A stretch of 63,769 bases of DNA, counting the filler, from Octopus bimaculoides (Eukaryota): assembly GCF_001194135.2 (NCBI RefSeq). It is 5 parts of 5 records of this genome, joined end to end, with 100 filler letters (N's around TTAATTAATTAA, not from the genome) between each part and the next. Parts side by side here need not be neighbours in the genome. Positions count along the whole stretch, not along the records: positions 19,007 to 39,271 come from NC_069000.1; positions 39,372 to 59,614 come from NC_069004.1; 3 more parts are not named here. One strand, written 5' to 3'. Positions within the stretch are counted from its first letter, which is position 1. Each line of letters begins with the position of its first letter. The translations under genes and the position numbers were made by a program. Below, one piece after another: positions 36,229 through 49,090 of this stretch. A model generated the notes under the pieces. The model did no database searches and was not told where the DNA came from. It was given only the letters and a program-made list of their open reading frames with translations.

Positions 36229-37139
36229 TGATAATAATAATAATAGTAACAATAATCGGGGACAACATCAGGGAGGGGCAATTACAGAAAACAACACTCC
36301 TTGGAACTACTGCTAGAATACTCAGAAAAGTACTTGACAATTGTCTTCAACTGTGAACGGTTGAGGACAGCTGGTACCCGTATTACACCACCAGCAACAG
36401 TGGCTGTGCGACAAGCGGAATAATCAATAATATTAATACGCTTAATTTTGTTTCTTTTTGTACGTACGTACCTGTGGTGTGTGTCACACTTACTTCAAAG
36501 GAAGAGGTTAAAAAGGTTGAAGGGAGAAGTACAAAGAAAAAGAGAAACAAAGGATATTAAGCAGAGTGAGTGGCAAAGCGGGAGAGAGGGTAGGGACAGA
36601 AGCAGAGAAAGTATGGTTGAAGTGAGAGGCAAAGCGGCAAAGAACACAGCGCTCCGCTGGGAATTGTACTCATGGCTTTATGATCGTAGGCCGAATACTC
36701 CTAACCACTGATCCATGCACTTTCACTCTCTAAACCGTAGAGAAAAGGAGTGAGGCGATAGAGATAGAGACAGAAAGGAAAGCCTCAATCAATTAAAATG
36801 ACAAATAAACTGAAATACGATCGATCTTTCGTAGCTTCTTTACTTTTAACAATGAAGAAGAGAGAAAGACATTTAGTGATGATTAGAGGGGAAGTCTTTC
36901 AGGTGTTTAGGTTTTCTTTCTGGGAGTTCTAGAACGATCGACAGTAAGTTCTCTCTTCTTTCCCGAACCCTCGGTACTTATTCGCCTTCTTTCATTGTTC
37001 ATCATGTCTTTTAGTTGTGAGGAAAGACAATGTTTTTTTAGGCACTTTTAGCGTTTCCTCTACAAATTACAAACAAGCTCCCTCTCTTCCTTGTTTTTTT
37101 TTTTCATACAAAAACTAATGCAAATTTCGAACGGGGTAT

Positions 37140-37282
37140 AGCTGTGAAAAGAGCCTTTGGGGTTTGAATAAATCTAACAATAGCAAAGTTTGAAGGAGAT
37201 ATTTCTCATACTTTCTAGGGGTAAGCAAATAGGAAATAACAGTTGCTATCTAAGGATAAAATTCGTGTTACAGTGTTATCTG
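37140..37282. repeat. Unclassified dispersed repeat
   Basis: Homologous to 16020-16166 (GGGGTTTGAATAAAT...GGAAATAACAGTTGCTA...CAGTGTTATC). Confidence 0.7.
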
Positions 37283-37309
37283 ATCGGAAAACAACAATCT
37301 TTAACTTAC

Positions 37310-37621
37310 CATCTAATGTTACGCATCCAGTATGTGAGTTGATTCTGAATAATTTGGCATCGTTTCCTGAATGAATTGAGTAAATTAGTTTCCCAGCTTT
37401 AATAGCTTGGTGCTGTTTACTTGTAGCTGTGATATCAACGACGAAATACCCTATCGGTGCATCTTCCATAATAGATGTACTGAAATTGCTTACAAATATC
37501 GGCGAATTGGCTTCGTTTTCAGTAACTTGTATGTTTAAAACAACAGTTGTCTGCTTCAAACCATTGTCACCGACAAGGACTTGAAATACGTATGAACGTT
37601 CTATATCGTAATCTAATGAAC
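37310..37621 (-). CDS. Cadherin exon B (312 nt, phase 1-1): GSLDYDIERSY...GCVTLDG
   Basis: Acceptor ttttag|GT and donor GATG|gtaagt; LDYD and ENEANSPIF motifs. Confidence 0.93.
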
Positions 37622-38419
37622 CTAAAAGATAGTTGGAAATTAAGTACAGAGATAAAATAGATCCTTTTTCAAAATAACATCACAAGTCACTTTTTAGTTC
37701 AAACAATGAAACAGTTAACATATCAAAACCAACTTAACGGTTACTTTCATTAATTCATTCAAATGTATAAATTCACATCTCTATTAATCAGCAAATTATT
37801 CGTTCTTGTTGTCAAGTCGGAGTTAGCAAATTTAATGAAGTAATCCAATAAAATTCAATTAATTAAAGTTACATTCTAATGAAGAGTAAACTTAAGTTTA
37901 ATGAGTGATTCTGGTGAATAAACAGGGTAGACAACGCCCCAAATTAAAATTAATTAAAAATGAAATTAGGCATGCAGCTAGTAGAGATTCAGATCTTTGG
38001 CAGTACGGGGCTAACTCTGAATATTTTCGAAATCATTAAACCTCCTTAGCCAACAAAGCTCCAATCTGTACCGTTGGGTCTAAGATGACTGGATTTTTTT
38101 GGTGAATAAACACTAGTGTGACAACTTAAAAGAATGAGAGAGTGAGGGAATACTCAGGGATGCCTTCTGTATGAAAGACAAAGAACAAAGTCGGAAGCTG
38201 ATATGTTTAATATAGTGAATAAAGAAGTGTTAATTAATTATAGTTAAATAAGTAGTGAGATTTATAAAATTCATAAAGTTAATTATTAAATGTTGTCAAG
38301 TATGCAGGTTTAAAGAAAGTTATAGAAAATTAAAGAAAGAGAATTGTGGGATAGTAATGACCTTTACAGCCGTTTCAGCAACGTAAGTGTAGAGAAATAT
38401 ATACAACCAAATGTAAAAT

Positions 38420-38620
38420 GGAATTGTAAATTCCAGGAAGTAAGAGTGAGAGAAAGTTGTGGTGAAAGAGTACAGCAGGGTTCGCCACCATCCCCTTGGA
38501 GCTTTGTGGAGCTTTAGGTGTTTTCGCTCAATAAACACTCACAACGCCCGGTCTGGGAATCGAAACCGCGATCCTACGACCGCCAGTCCGCTGCCCTAAC
38601 CACTGGGCCATTGCGCCTCC
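38420..38620 (-). mobile_element. SINE family C, well-preserved tRNA-like head (GGCGCAATGGCCCAGTGGTTAGGGC...GGTTTCGATTCCC), in intron A-B
   Basis: A and B boxes followed by a non-tRNA body. Confidence 0.75.
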
Positions 38621-38808
38621 ACCAGTGATTTATATGAGCTTAAATAATCAAAGATGCGATTCAGACTTCAACCGAGGAGAGGTCATCGTTCACTCCACTT
38701 TGCCTGTTGTGAGTCATTCTTGATTTCTCTAATTTTGCTTATGGTAAATGTCATTTAAAACATCATCTCTCAATACCATTTCTCGGATCAGTTGATTCTC
38801 CGACTTAC

Positions 38809-38946
38809 CTGATAACTGAACAATTCCCGCGGAAGAAACCCGGAATGGGATCATTGGGGTAGTGGTTTGAAGACGATACTTGATGCGATTATAGAGATCT
38901 GAGTCGGCATCGAAACAGTGCAATATGACTATATCATGACCAATAG
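38809..38946 (-). CDS. Cadherin exon A (138 nt, phase 1-1): AIGHDIVILHCFDADSD...IVQLSG
   Basis: Acceptor ttgcag|CT and donor TCAG|gtaagt; CxDxD and YxL motifs; joins exon B in frame. Confidence 0.9.
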
Positions 38947-38950
38947 CTGC

Positions 38951-39001
38951 AATAATAATAATAATGATAATAATAATAATAATAATAAAAATAATAATAA
39001 C

Positions 39002-39045
<44 letters not shown>

Positions 39046-39074
39046 TAATAATAATGATAATAATGATGATGATG

Positions 39075-39150
<76 letters not shown>

Positions 39151-39228
39151 TAATAATAATAATAATAATGATAATAATAATAATAATAATAATGATAATA
39201 ATAATAATGATAATGATAATAATAATAA
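38951..39228 (+). repeat. (AAT/GAT)n microsatellite abutting the exon A acceptor
   Basis: Directly visible. Confidence 0.98.
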
Positions 39229-39271
39229 AAATATTCAGACAAATACATAGCAAAAACACCAGGACTTACAA

Positions 39272-39371
39272 NNNNNNNNNNNNNNNNNNNNNNNNNNNNN
39301 NNNNNNNNNNNNNNNTTAATTAATTAANNNNNNNNNNNNNNNNNNNNNNNNNNNNNNNNNNNNNNNNNNNN
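39272..39371. other. Artificial scaffold join N44-TTAATTAATTAA-N44
   Basis: Same construct as 18907-19006. Confidence 0.95.
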
Positions 39372-39639
39372 AAGTAGCAAGAATACTGGAGATTCAGTAA
39401 ACAACACGTGGTGAAATTATGAGTTGAAAAAATGTAAAGAAAAATGGAGAAAAATGCCTTCGTTTCACATAGTTTAATATTTTTTTTTATAAATATATAC
39501 ATATTAAATGGGTGTTGTAAAATCCAACCGGTTTTCGCTTTTAAATTAGCTTTTCAAGGGATATTGTGTAGTGATTAATTCGCATGATGAGGGGCTTTCG
39601 CCATCTTGGTTGTTTGAAAAATAAGAACGGATTTAGAGA

Positions 39640-39790
39640 CTGCGGCCATGTTGGAGCACTGCCAGTCGAAGAAATCGACCACCAAGACTTATTTATCATA
39701 AGCCGAGTACTTATTCTATCAGGCCTTTTAGCCTAACTGAACCATGTGGTTGGTAAGCAAGCTACTTACCACACAGTCACTCCTACGCCT
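39640..39790 (-). mobile_element. SINE family A remnant with large internal deletion
   Basis: Head and tail segments directly joined. Confidence 0.7.
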
Positions 39791-39794
39791 TGTA

Positions 39795-39998
39795 CAAAGT
39801 TTTCGAGGAGATGACATTTCACACAACACATGGACCAAGACAGCCCCTTTGAATTACAGGTATTACTCATCTTGGTCAGATGAGTGGACTGGAGCAACGT
39901 GAAATAAAATGTTTTGCTCTAGGGCACAACACGCAGCGGGGAATCGAAATCCCGACCTTACGATCGTGAGTCGTCTAACCCTGACCATTAAGCCACGC
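39795..39998 (-). mobile_element. SINE family D (tRNA-like head plus GTGTTGTG...TTTATTTCACGTTGCTCCAGT domain)
   Basis: Related copies at about 13190-13362(-), 44505-44623(-), 61100-61290(-), 29030-29200(+) and 6210-6270(+). Confidence 0.75.
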
Positions 39999-40298
39999 AG
40001 CTGTACACGAGGAAAATAAAACCTGGTTGAAACTCTGTGGAAAATGGGTGACATGGTGAAAGAACTTTCTGTTAACTCTTGCGAGCGAGGATAAATCAAA
40101 ATTATTTACATACACAGAGAACAGCGTCTATAATATTCAACGCAATAAATAATTCGCTTGTTATTCTATCGCAGAGTAATTACATTGGGAAACAGCATGT
40201 TATCCATCATATCCCTAGTAAAGAGCAGAAATAGAAAATAGAGAAAAAATATAGAAAAAATATTACTGAATATTATAAGTAAATATATTTCGTGTATA

Positions 40299-40337
<39 letters not shown>

Positions 40338-41445
40338 NNNNNNNNNNNNNNNNNNNNNNNNNNNNNNNNNNNNNNNNNNNNNNNNNNNNNNNNNNNNNNN
40401 NNNNNNNNNNNNNNNNNNNNNNNNNNNNNNNNNNNNNNNNNNNNNNNNNNNNNNNNNNNNNNNNNNNNNNNNNNNNNNNNNNNNNNNNNNNNNNNNNNNN
40501 NNNNNNNNNNNNNNNNNNNNNNNNNNNNNNNNNNNNNNNNNNNNNNNNNNNNNNNNNNNNNNNNNNNNNNNNNNNNNNNNNNNNNNNNNNNNNNNNNNNN
40601 NNNNNNNNNNNNNNNNNNNNNNNNNNNNNNNNNNNNNNNNNNNNNNNNNNNNNNNNNNNNNNNNNNNNNNNNNNNNNNNNNNNNNNNNNNNNNNNNNNNN
40701 NNNNNNNNNNNNNNNNNNNNNNNNNNNNNNNNNNNNNNNNNNNNNNNNNNNNNNNNNNNNNNNNNNNNNNNNNNNNNNNNNNNNNNNNNNNNNNNNNNNN
40801 NNNNNNNNNNNNNNNNNNNNNNNNNNNNNNNNNNNNNNNNNNNNNNNNNNNNNNNNNNNNNNNNNNNNNNNNNNNNNNNNNNNNNNNNNNNNNNNNNNNN
40901 NNNNNNNNNNNNNNNNNNNNNNNNNNNNNNNNNNNNNNNNNNNNNNNNNNNNNNNNNNNNNNNNNNNNNNNNNNNNNNNNNNNNNNNNNNNNNNNNNNNN
41001 NNNNNNNNNNNNNNNNNNNNNNNNNNNTATATATATATATATATTTATATTTTTATATCACAATTCCGTTAAGGAAAGATCGACAAAACATATTCCATCC
41101 ATTTGCTGTATGCTGTATTAGAATAAGACCTAGGTACGGTTACTTGCCATTGAGGTAACCCATGTGCTCCGAGCCCGTAGATTGCTTGGAGACACAAAAT
41201 ATGTTATAAATGTCTGCATAACCAAGTCTTTTAATGGCTAGAAACTATTAGTAGCTCTTATTTTAATACACTAAATGAATGTGTGTGTGTGTGTGTGTGT
41301 GTGCTTAGTAATGCTATATTCTGTTAGGAACATGGTCGAGTTTAAAGCTCGTCCACCTTCAGAATTGCCCAGTACTATCCGGGAGTATTATTATATACTT
41401 CCAAGTCTAAGTTGACTCCAATTTCTTCAATTATATGATAATAAA

Positions 41446-41509
<64 letters not shown>

Positions 41510-41658
41510 TATGTATATATATATCTCGAAATGAGGAGTAGATAGACAGCCGACAACTGATGAAGGGTCGTTATGTGTGTGACTTTTTTGCGTATGTAAC
41601 TCGTTTGTTTTCGTACTTCATGTTGTTTACACAGTTGGTGAAGTCCTGTACCCATATA

Positions 41659-41731
<73 letters not shown>

Positions 41732-41878
41732 GCCTATGTATATGTATGAATGTGTAATTTTGCATCTATTTTCTTCTTGAGTTTTCTTGTTTTTTACTCT
41801 CATCCTATCGTTTCAGTTTCAGCTTACTATACCAAGTGGGCACAGTCTGAGGATTTCGTAAAGGCACCAGACGTGTTA

Positions 41879-42017
41879 AGACTTATTCTTTGTAAGCCTA
41901 GTATTTATGTTACCAGCCCCTTTTGCCGAACAGCCATGTTACGGGGACGTAAACACACCAGCATCAGTTGTCAAACGATGTTGGGAGGACAAACACAGAC
42001 ACACAAACATATACACG

Positions 42018-42107
<90 letters not shown>

Positions 42108-42278
42108 CATATATGCGTCGGGCCTCTTTCAGTTTCCGTCTACCAAATCCACTCACAAGGCTTTGGTCGACCCGAGGTTTTAGTAGAAGGCACTTGCCCA
42201 AGGTGCGACGCAGTGGGACTGAACTCGGAACCATGTGGTACGTAAGTAAGCTATTTACCACACAGCCACTCCTACACC
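41879..42278 (-). mobile_element. SINE family A, near full length
   Basis: Homologous, with internal (CA)n(TA)n. Confidence 0.9.
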
Positions 42279-44023
42279 TATGTTTATATTTAGGAATTCC
42301 TTTATTTCCTATTCTTGATTAAAAGATCAGGGACCACATAGCTCAATAAATAACGCAGTACATTTCAAATGTGAAGAGTATGGTATTTAGTCCTTGATAT
42401 CGATCTCAGAGCACACACACAAGCAAAGACGCACTCCTACACGCGCGCGCGCACTCCTTGGCAGTTCTCTGTTGCATCTTATCAGAGATCAAAATTAGAA
42501 TCAGCTTTCGATGAGATATAGAAAGACATCGAAATTGCTCGCGTGTGATATATAATGAATGTTATGAATAAAAGTGTGTAGACATAATTAAATACATACA
42601 TACATACATACATACATACATTCTAATATACATATATACACACATAGATTAATAAATACATGCATACACACACATATTTATGCACATACACATACAAACA
42701 CATGTACACACATACGTAAAAGATACATATATATATATACATACACACATTTACATGTATTCATGCGTACGTACATACATTTTAACATGCACAAATATAT
42801 ATACATATATACACGTATACGTACATAGGTATATGCATCAATATATGGATAAATACATAACACAGATATATGTATATATACATACATAAAAAAATATACA
42901 TACACACACACTCATATATATATATATATATACGTATGTATATATATATATACATATGTATATATATATATATATATATTATATAACTTGATACTGTGTG
43001 AACTAAGATCCCCGTTGACGGGCCGCTGGTATTTATAGAGTATTAGACACTTTAGGTATGCAAATTAAGAATCCCTTCATAGAATAACTGCTGCATTTGT
43101 TGAGTATATAAACAGTTTGGCTATTTGTTTCTCCGTTGATAGTCAAAATGTTGTGTACGCTTCTGATGACAACTCAATAAGGTTCGAAAATCGATGAAAG
43201 TTCTTCATAATTTTTTTTTCTCTCAGTCTGCGGAAAAATGGATAAAATTTGCCCTGTTTATAATTATACTATATGTTATATATTTATTATATCATACTTT
43301 GATACCGTGTGAACTAATACATAAATACATACATGCATGCAAAGTGGCTGTTAACTCGTATCTTATCCTAGATGTTAAAGTCAATGGTTCTCAGCAATCT
43401 CTGTGTTGAGATTTCAAGTCCTAAGAAACTCGGAAAACATCGCTGACACAATTACTTGCAAGAGCGAAGTTGTACAGATTCAATCAAAAGTGGGATCTTC
43501 GACTTCGTAAAGAAGCAGGTGTTATTTCGGGTTTTCCTTCTTCGGAGAGATGTCTAAACAAAATCTAAGGGTCCTTTTACTCCCTGATGTTGCATGACCG
43601 CTGACCCAAAATGAATTCATTCGACCTTTGACAGATTATGTTTTCTATTCTGCGGAGTGTCCAACGGAAACAACCTTCCTTTCGAAGCAGGTTTGGTAGG
43701 ATTGCCGATTCGGTCATCGACTGTGCAACTATGAAGCTGGTTTTACCGAGTTACATGTTACTTGTAGCATTAAGATTGACCTAACACACACACACATTTA
43801 TATACACATACCTGTATGCATACATGTAAACATACATACATACATACATACATACATACATACATACATACATACATACCAACTAACTTGCACATTACGA
43901 GTACAATCTGTTAGTGGAACAGTAAAATATGCAAGACTTTTCTCAAGTTTGAAATGTGTCATTTTTATTAACAACGATGCAGCTTTGTAATTTTGTCAGA
44001 AACCTGCTCGTTCTTTACAGAAG

Positions 44024-44092
<69 letters not shown>

Positions 44093-44504
44093 TATAAACA
44101 GACGAGAACATGCATACATATTTATATACATACAATCTTATGTAAGTATGAGTGATATAGCTGTTTGCGAAGACTATAAAAAATTATGTAAAGTCATAGA
44201 AGTCTGCTGCCTTATTGATGTGAATATGTCTTCGAAAACGAAAGTTAGAAAGAAAATAACAATGGACAACTGCTTCGAAACCATCAGCTTCTATATGCAG
44301 ATTATAACTTCTCTTTTAAAGAGTGACCTCCTTCGGTCATGAATAAGCATGGGGTTGCACCTAGAAAGTTATCCTCTGAGGCACAAGTCCGAGTAAGGTT
44401 GTTTATGGAAGACCAGCAGTCGCCCATGCATACCAACCTCCCCTCTTCACACCATTGGTATTATCCAAAAGAAAGGGCAAAGGCCGATACAGCTTGACAC
44501 CAGT

Positions 44505-44623
44505 GAACTTGAGCAACGTGAAGTAAAGTGTCTTGCTAAAGAACACAACACACAAGCCGATCCGGAATCGAACTCGTTACCCCATGATTGTGAGCCCGAT
44601 GCTCTAACCACGGAGCCATACGC
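44505..44623 (-). mobile_element. SINE family D
   Basis: GGCTCCGTGGTTAGAGC...GAGTTCGATTCCGG head plus the shared domain. Confidence 0.75.
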
Positions 44624-46428
44624 TTTTATACTATACATTATCAATATGCGTAACATGCCGACACAAACAAACACTTACACATAGGTTTAGGGTAACTAGG
44701 ATCACCGGCAAACCGCTATCAAAGAACAGACTGAAGACATTAATTTGCCAAAAATGAAACCTTATTAATTTTATAATTTCCTTCCAAACACCAATATATT
44801 TGGAACTTATGAACTTGTCAAAAGTTTTGACAGATTGCAAGATCGAAACGTACTTCAGTTTATAAGGAAACCAATCAATAACTATATATCATACACACAC
44901 AGAGTCGTGTGTGTGTGTGTGCTCGCGCACGTGCTTATGTGTATGNNNNNNNNNNNNNNNNNNNNNNNNNNNNNNNNNNNNNNNNNNNNNNNNNNNNNNN
45001 NNNNNNNNNNNNNNNNNNNNNNNNNNNNNNNNNNNNNNNNNNNNNNNNNNNNNNNNNNNNNNNNNNNNNNNNNNNNNNNNNNNNNNNNNNNNNNNNNNNN
45101 NNNNNNNNNNNNNNNNNNNNNNNNNNNNNNNNNNNNNNNNNNNNNNNNNNNNNNNNNNNNNNNNNNNNNNNNNNNNNNNNNNNNNNNNNNNNNNNNNNNN
45201 NNNNNNNNNNNNNNNNNNNNNNNNNNNNNNNNNNNNNNNNNNNNNNNNNNNNNNNNNNNNNNNNNNNNNNNNNNNNNNNNNNNNNNNNNNNNNNNNNNNN
45301 NNNNNNNNNNNNNNNNNNNNNNNNNNNNNNNNNNNNNNNNNNNNNNNNNNNNNNNNNNNNNNNNNNNNNNNNNNNNNNNNNNNNNNNNNNNNNNNNNNNN
45401 NNNNNNNNNNNNNNNNNNNNNNNNNNNNNNNNNNNNNNNTTCTAATAAAATACCATGTATATGTATATATATATATATACATATATATATATACATATAT
45501 ATATATACATACGTGTGCGTGCATCTATACGCACACATACGCACACACACATACACACACACACATACACACACACACACACACACAAACACACGTGCAT
45601 ATATACATCGTTGAAGGCAATGGAGCTTATTTAATGCGTATCTGGTCTACTTATTTCTATCGAAAGCACTAAACTTTCTATCATGAAACATAATAATACA
45701 TATGCCGAAACTTTATGCATGGTTCGTATTTTAACGTATTACACTCACTCGCATACACACACACACACACTAACACACACACTCACAGATATAATATATA
45801 TAGACATACGTTGAGATACCCACGAACCCACACAGACGCGCACACACAGACGCACACACACAGACGCACACACTAATACACACACGCACTGTGTTATACC
45901 CATGTAAACCTACATGCATACATATACTATAGACATACTCATAATCACAGGCTAATATTTTAAGGCCAAATGAAGGAACAATGGGCACGTTGGGAGATTA
46001 ATATTCTTAGGATCTATATTTAGTTATTGGAATTGGTTTGTTTAATTATCATATTGTTCTTTGACTAATTTTCTCATTGCTTTCCTACAAACGCTATTGA
46101 ACAATCAGCGGTCTTGGAGATTGGCCACGAATTCTGTGTGATGTCAGAGTTGCTGTTAACCCCACCACGAATAGCATAATTTATAGCAGTACTAATATAA
46201 TAACAGTCTCAGACGTTAAATTGCCCCTCTCTATACGCGTCTCTTTGAGTGTATGTGTGTGTATGTGTTTAAGTATATACACATATACACACACATATAT
46301 TTGTATATACATTCATACATATATACATACATACATTCAAACATACACACATACATACAAGCGTACATACACACACACATACATAACATGCATACATGCA
46401 TACTAACATACATATATACAAACATATA

Positions 46429-46632
46429 GGCGCAGGAGTGGCTGTGTGGTAAGTAGCTTGCTTACCAACCACATAGTCCCGGGTTCAGTCCGACTGCATG
46501 GCAACTTGGGCAAGTGTCTTCTACTATAGCCTCGGGCCGACCATAGCCTTGTGAGAGGATTTGGTAGACGGAAACTAAAAAGAAGCCTGTCGTATATGTA
46601 TGTATATGTATGCGTGTGTATATGTTTGTGTG
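46429..46632 (+). mobile_element. SINE family A, 5' half running into a gap
   Basis: Homologous head. Confidence 0.9.
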
Positions 46633-47533
46633 TCTGTTTGTCCCCCCCCCCCNNNNNNNNNNNNNNNNNNNNNNNNNNNNNNNNNNNNNNNNNNNNNNNN
46701 NNNNNNNNNNNNNNNNNNNNNNNNNNNNNNNNNNNNNNNNNNNNNNNNNNNNNNNNNNNNNNNNNNNNNNNNNNNNNNNNNNNNNNNNNNNNNNNNNNNN
46801 NNNNNNNNNNNNNNNNNNNNNNNNNNNNNNNNNNNNNNNNNNNNNNNNNNNNNNNNNNNNNNNNNNNNNNNNNNNNNNNNNNNNNNNNNNNNNNNNNNNN
46901 NNNNNNNNNNNNNNNNNNNNNNNNNNNNNNNNNNNNNNNNNNNNNNNNNNNNNNNNNNNNNNNNNNNNNNNNNNNNNNNNNNNNNNNNNNNNNNNNNNNN
47001 NNNNNNNNNNNNNNNNNNNNNNNNNNNNNNNNNNNNNNNNNNNNNNNNNNNNNNNNNNNNNNNNNNNNNNNNNNNNNNNNNNNNNNNNNNNNNNNNNNNN
47101 NNNNNNNNNNNNNNNNNNNNNNNNNNNNNNNNNNNNNNNNNNNNNNNNNNNNNNNNNNNNNNNNNNNNNNNNNNNNNNNNNNNNNNNNNNNNNNNNNNNN
47201 NNNNNNNNNNNNNNNNNNNNNNNNNNNNNNNNNNNNNNNNNNNNNNNNNNNNNNNNNNNNNNNNNNNNNNNNNNNNNNNNNNNNNNNNNNNNNNNNNNNN
47301 NNNNNNNNNNNNNNNNNNNNNNNNNNNNNNNNNNNNNNNNNNNNNNNNNNNNNNAATATAAACATATATAAATAGCTAAATATATAGATAGATGAACGTG
47401 GAAAGACACTACGTATGTGAGTAAGCATAAATTTATGTATACACAGATATAAACACATACATATATACATACACACATAAGCATATGTGAATATATACGT
47501 ACACACACACACACACACACACACGCGCGCGCG

Positions 47534-47574
<41 letters not shown>

Positions 47575-48061
47575 GGACAGATATACACATATTTATGAAA
47601 GCCTAACATAATAATTGCTAGCCATTCTCTAATAAAAGAAACTATGCATTGAAACCCCAACATAATATTTGGCAATATATGATAAATATACGCGTATATA
47701 TATATATATATATATGCAGTCATGCGTATATATGTGTACAGTTACATGTTCATATTTATACGAACATACGCATGTATATATATTGTACCTGTATGTTTTT
47801 ATGCATATGAGTGAGCGCTTTGCTGCAGTAAATAAACTTATTCATTTCCCGAGCTAGACAGAAATATACATCATAAGGAAAATGAAAAACAAACCTCTCA
47901 CAAACACATCTTTATACATACACAAACATATACATACCTGCACATACATATAAACATATATATATGTGTGTATACATATATATACATAAATATGTGTATG
48001 TGTATATATATATGTATATGTATGCACATATATATGCATTCTTACATACACATGTATATAC

Positions 48062-48105
<44 letters not shown>

Positions 48106-48294
48106 ATATATATGAGTGTGTGTGTGTATTGTTTTATAAATCTTATATGTAGTATCGATTATGTAAATATGAATATTAGTCGATTTCAGTGTAAACACCC
48201 AGACACCCACAGTTATTTTTTCTAAATTGTCCCTGTAATATACACCTCTTCACTTCTTCTGTCGCCCCTCAAGGCAAAAATAGAGAAATCATTA

Positions 48295-48870
<576 letters not shown>

Positions 48871-49029
48871 TTAATGATAAACACTCGACTGGGTTTCAAT
48901 GATAAACGGCTATATAATATATAATAACGATGATATTACTTTTGATTTTCCATTAGTTTTCCTTTTCTTATGGAACTATGGGAATACACACATACACATA
49001 TTGTACATGCATACATACATATACACACG

Positions 49030-49090
<61 letters not shown>

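Larger units (their letters stand above)
19118..38946 (-). other. Partial giant cadherin gene (Fat/protocadherin-like superfamily), 12 visible exons, about 24 EC repeats; 5' and 3' ends not visible
   Basis: Repeated DxNDNxPxF, E, DxD and LDRE/LDYE motifs. All visible junctions are GT-AG with matching phases. Visible CDS is about 7.5 kb (about 2,500 aa). Orthology cannot be assigned without a search. Confidence 0.95.

Noticed and set aside
38548-38620. Functional tRNA gene (also the heads at 9828-9900 and 44560-44623)
   Set aside because: Stems are imperfect and each continues into a SINE-type body, so they are treated as tRNA-derived heads.
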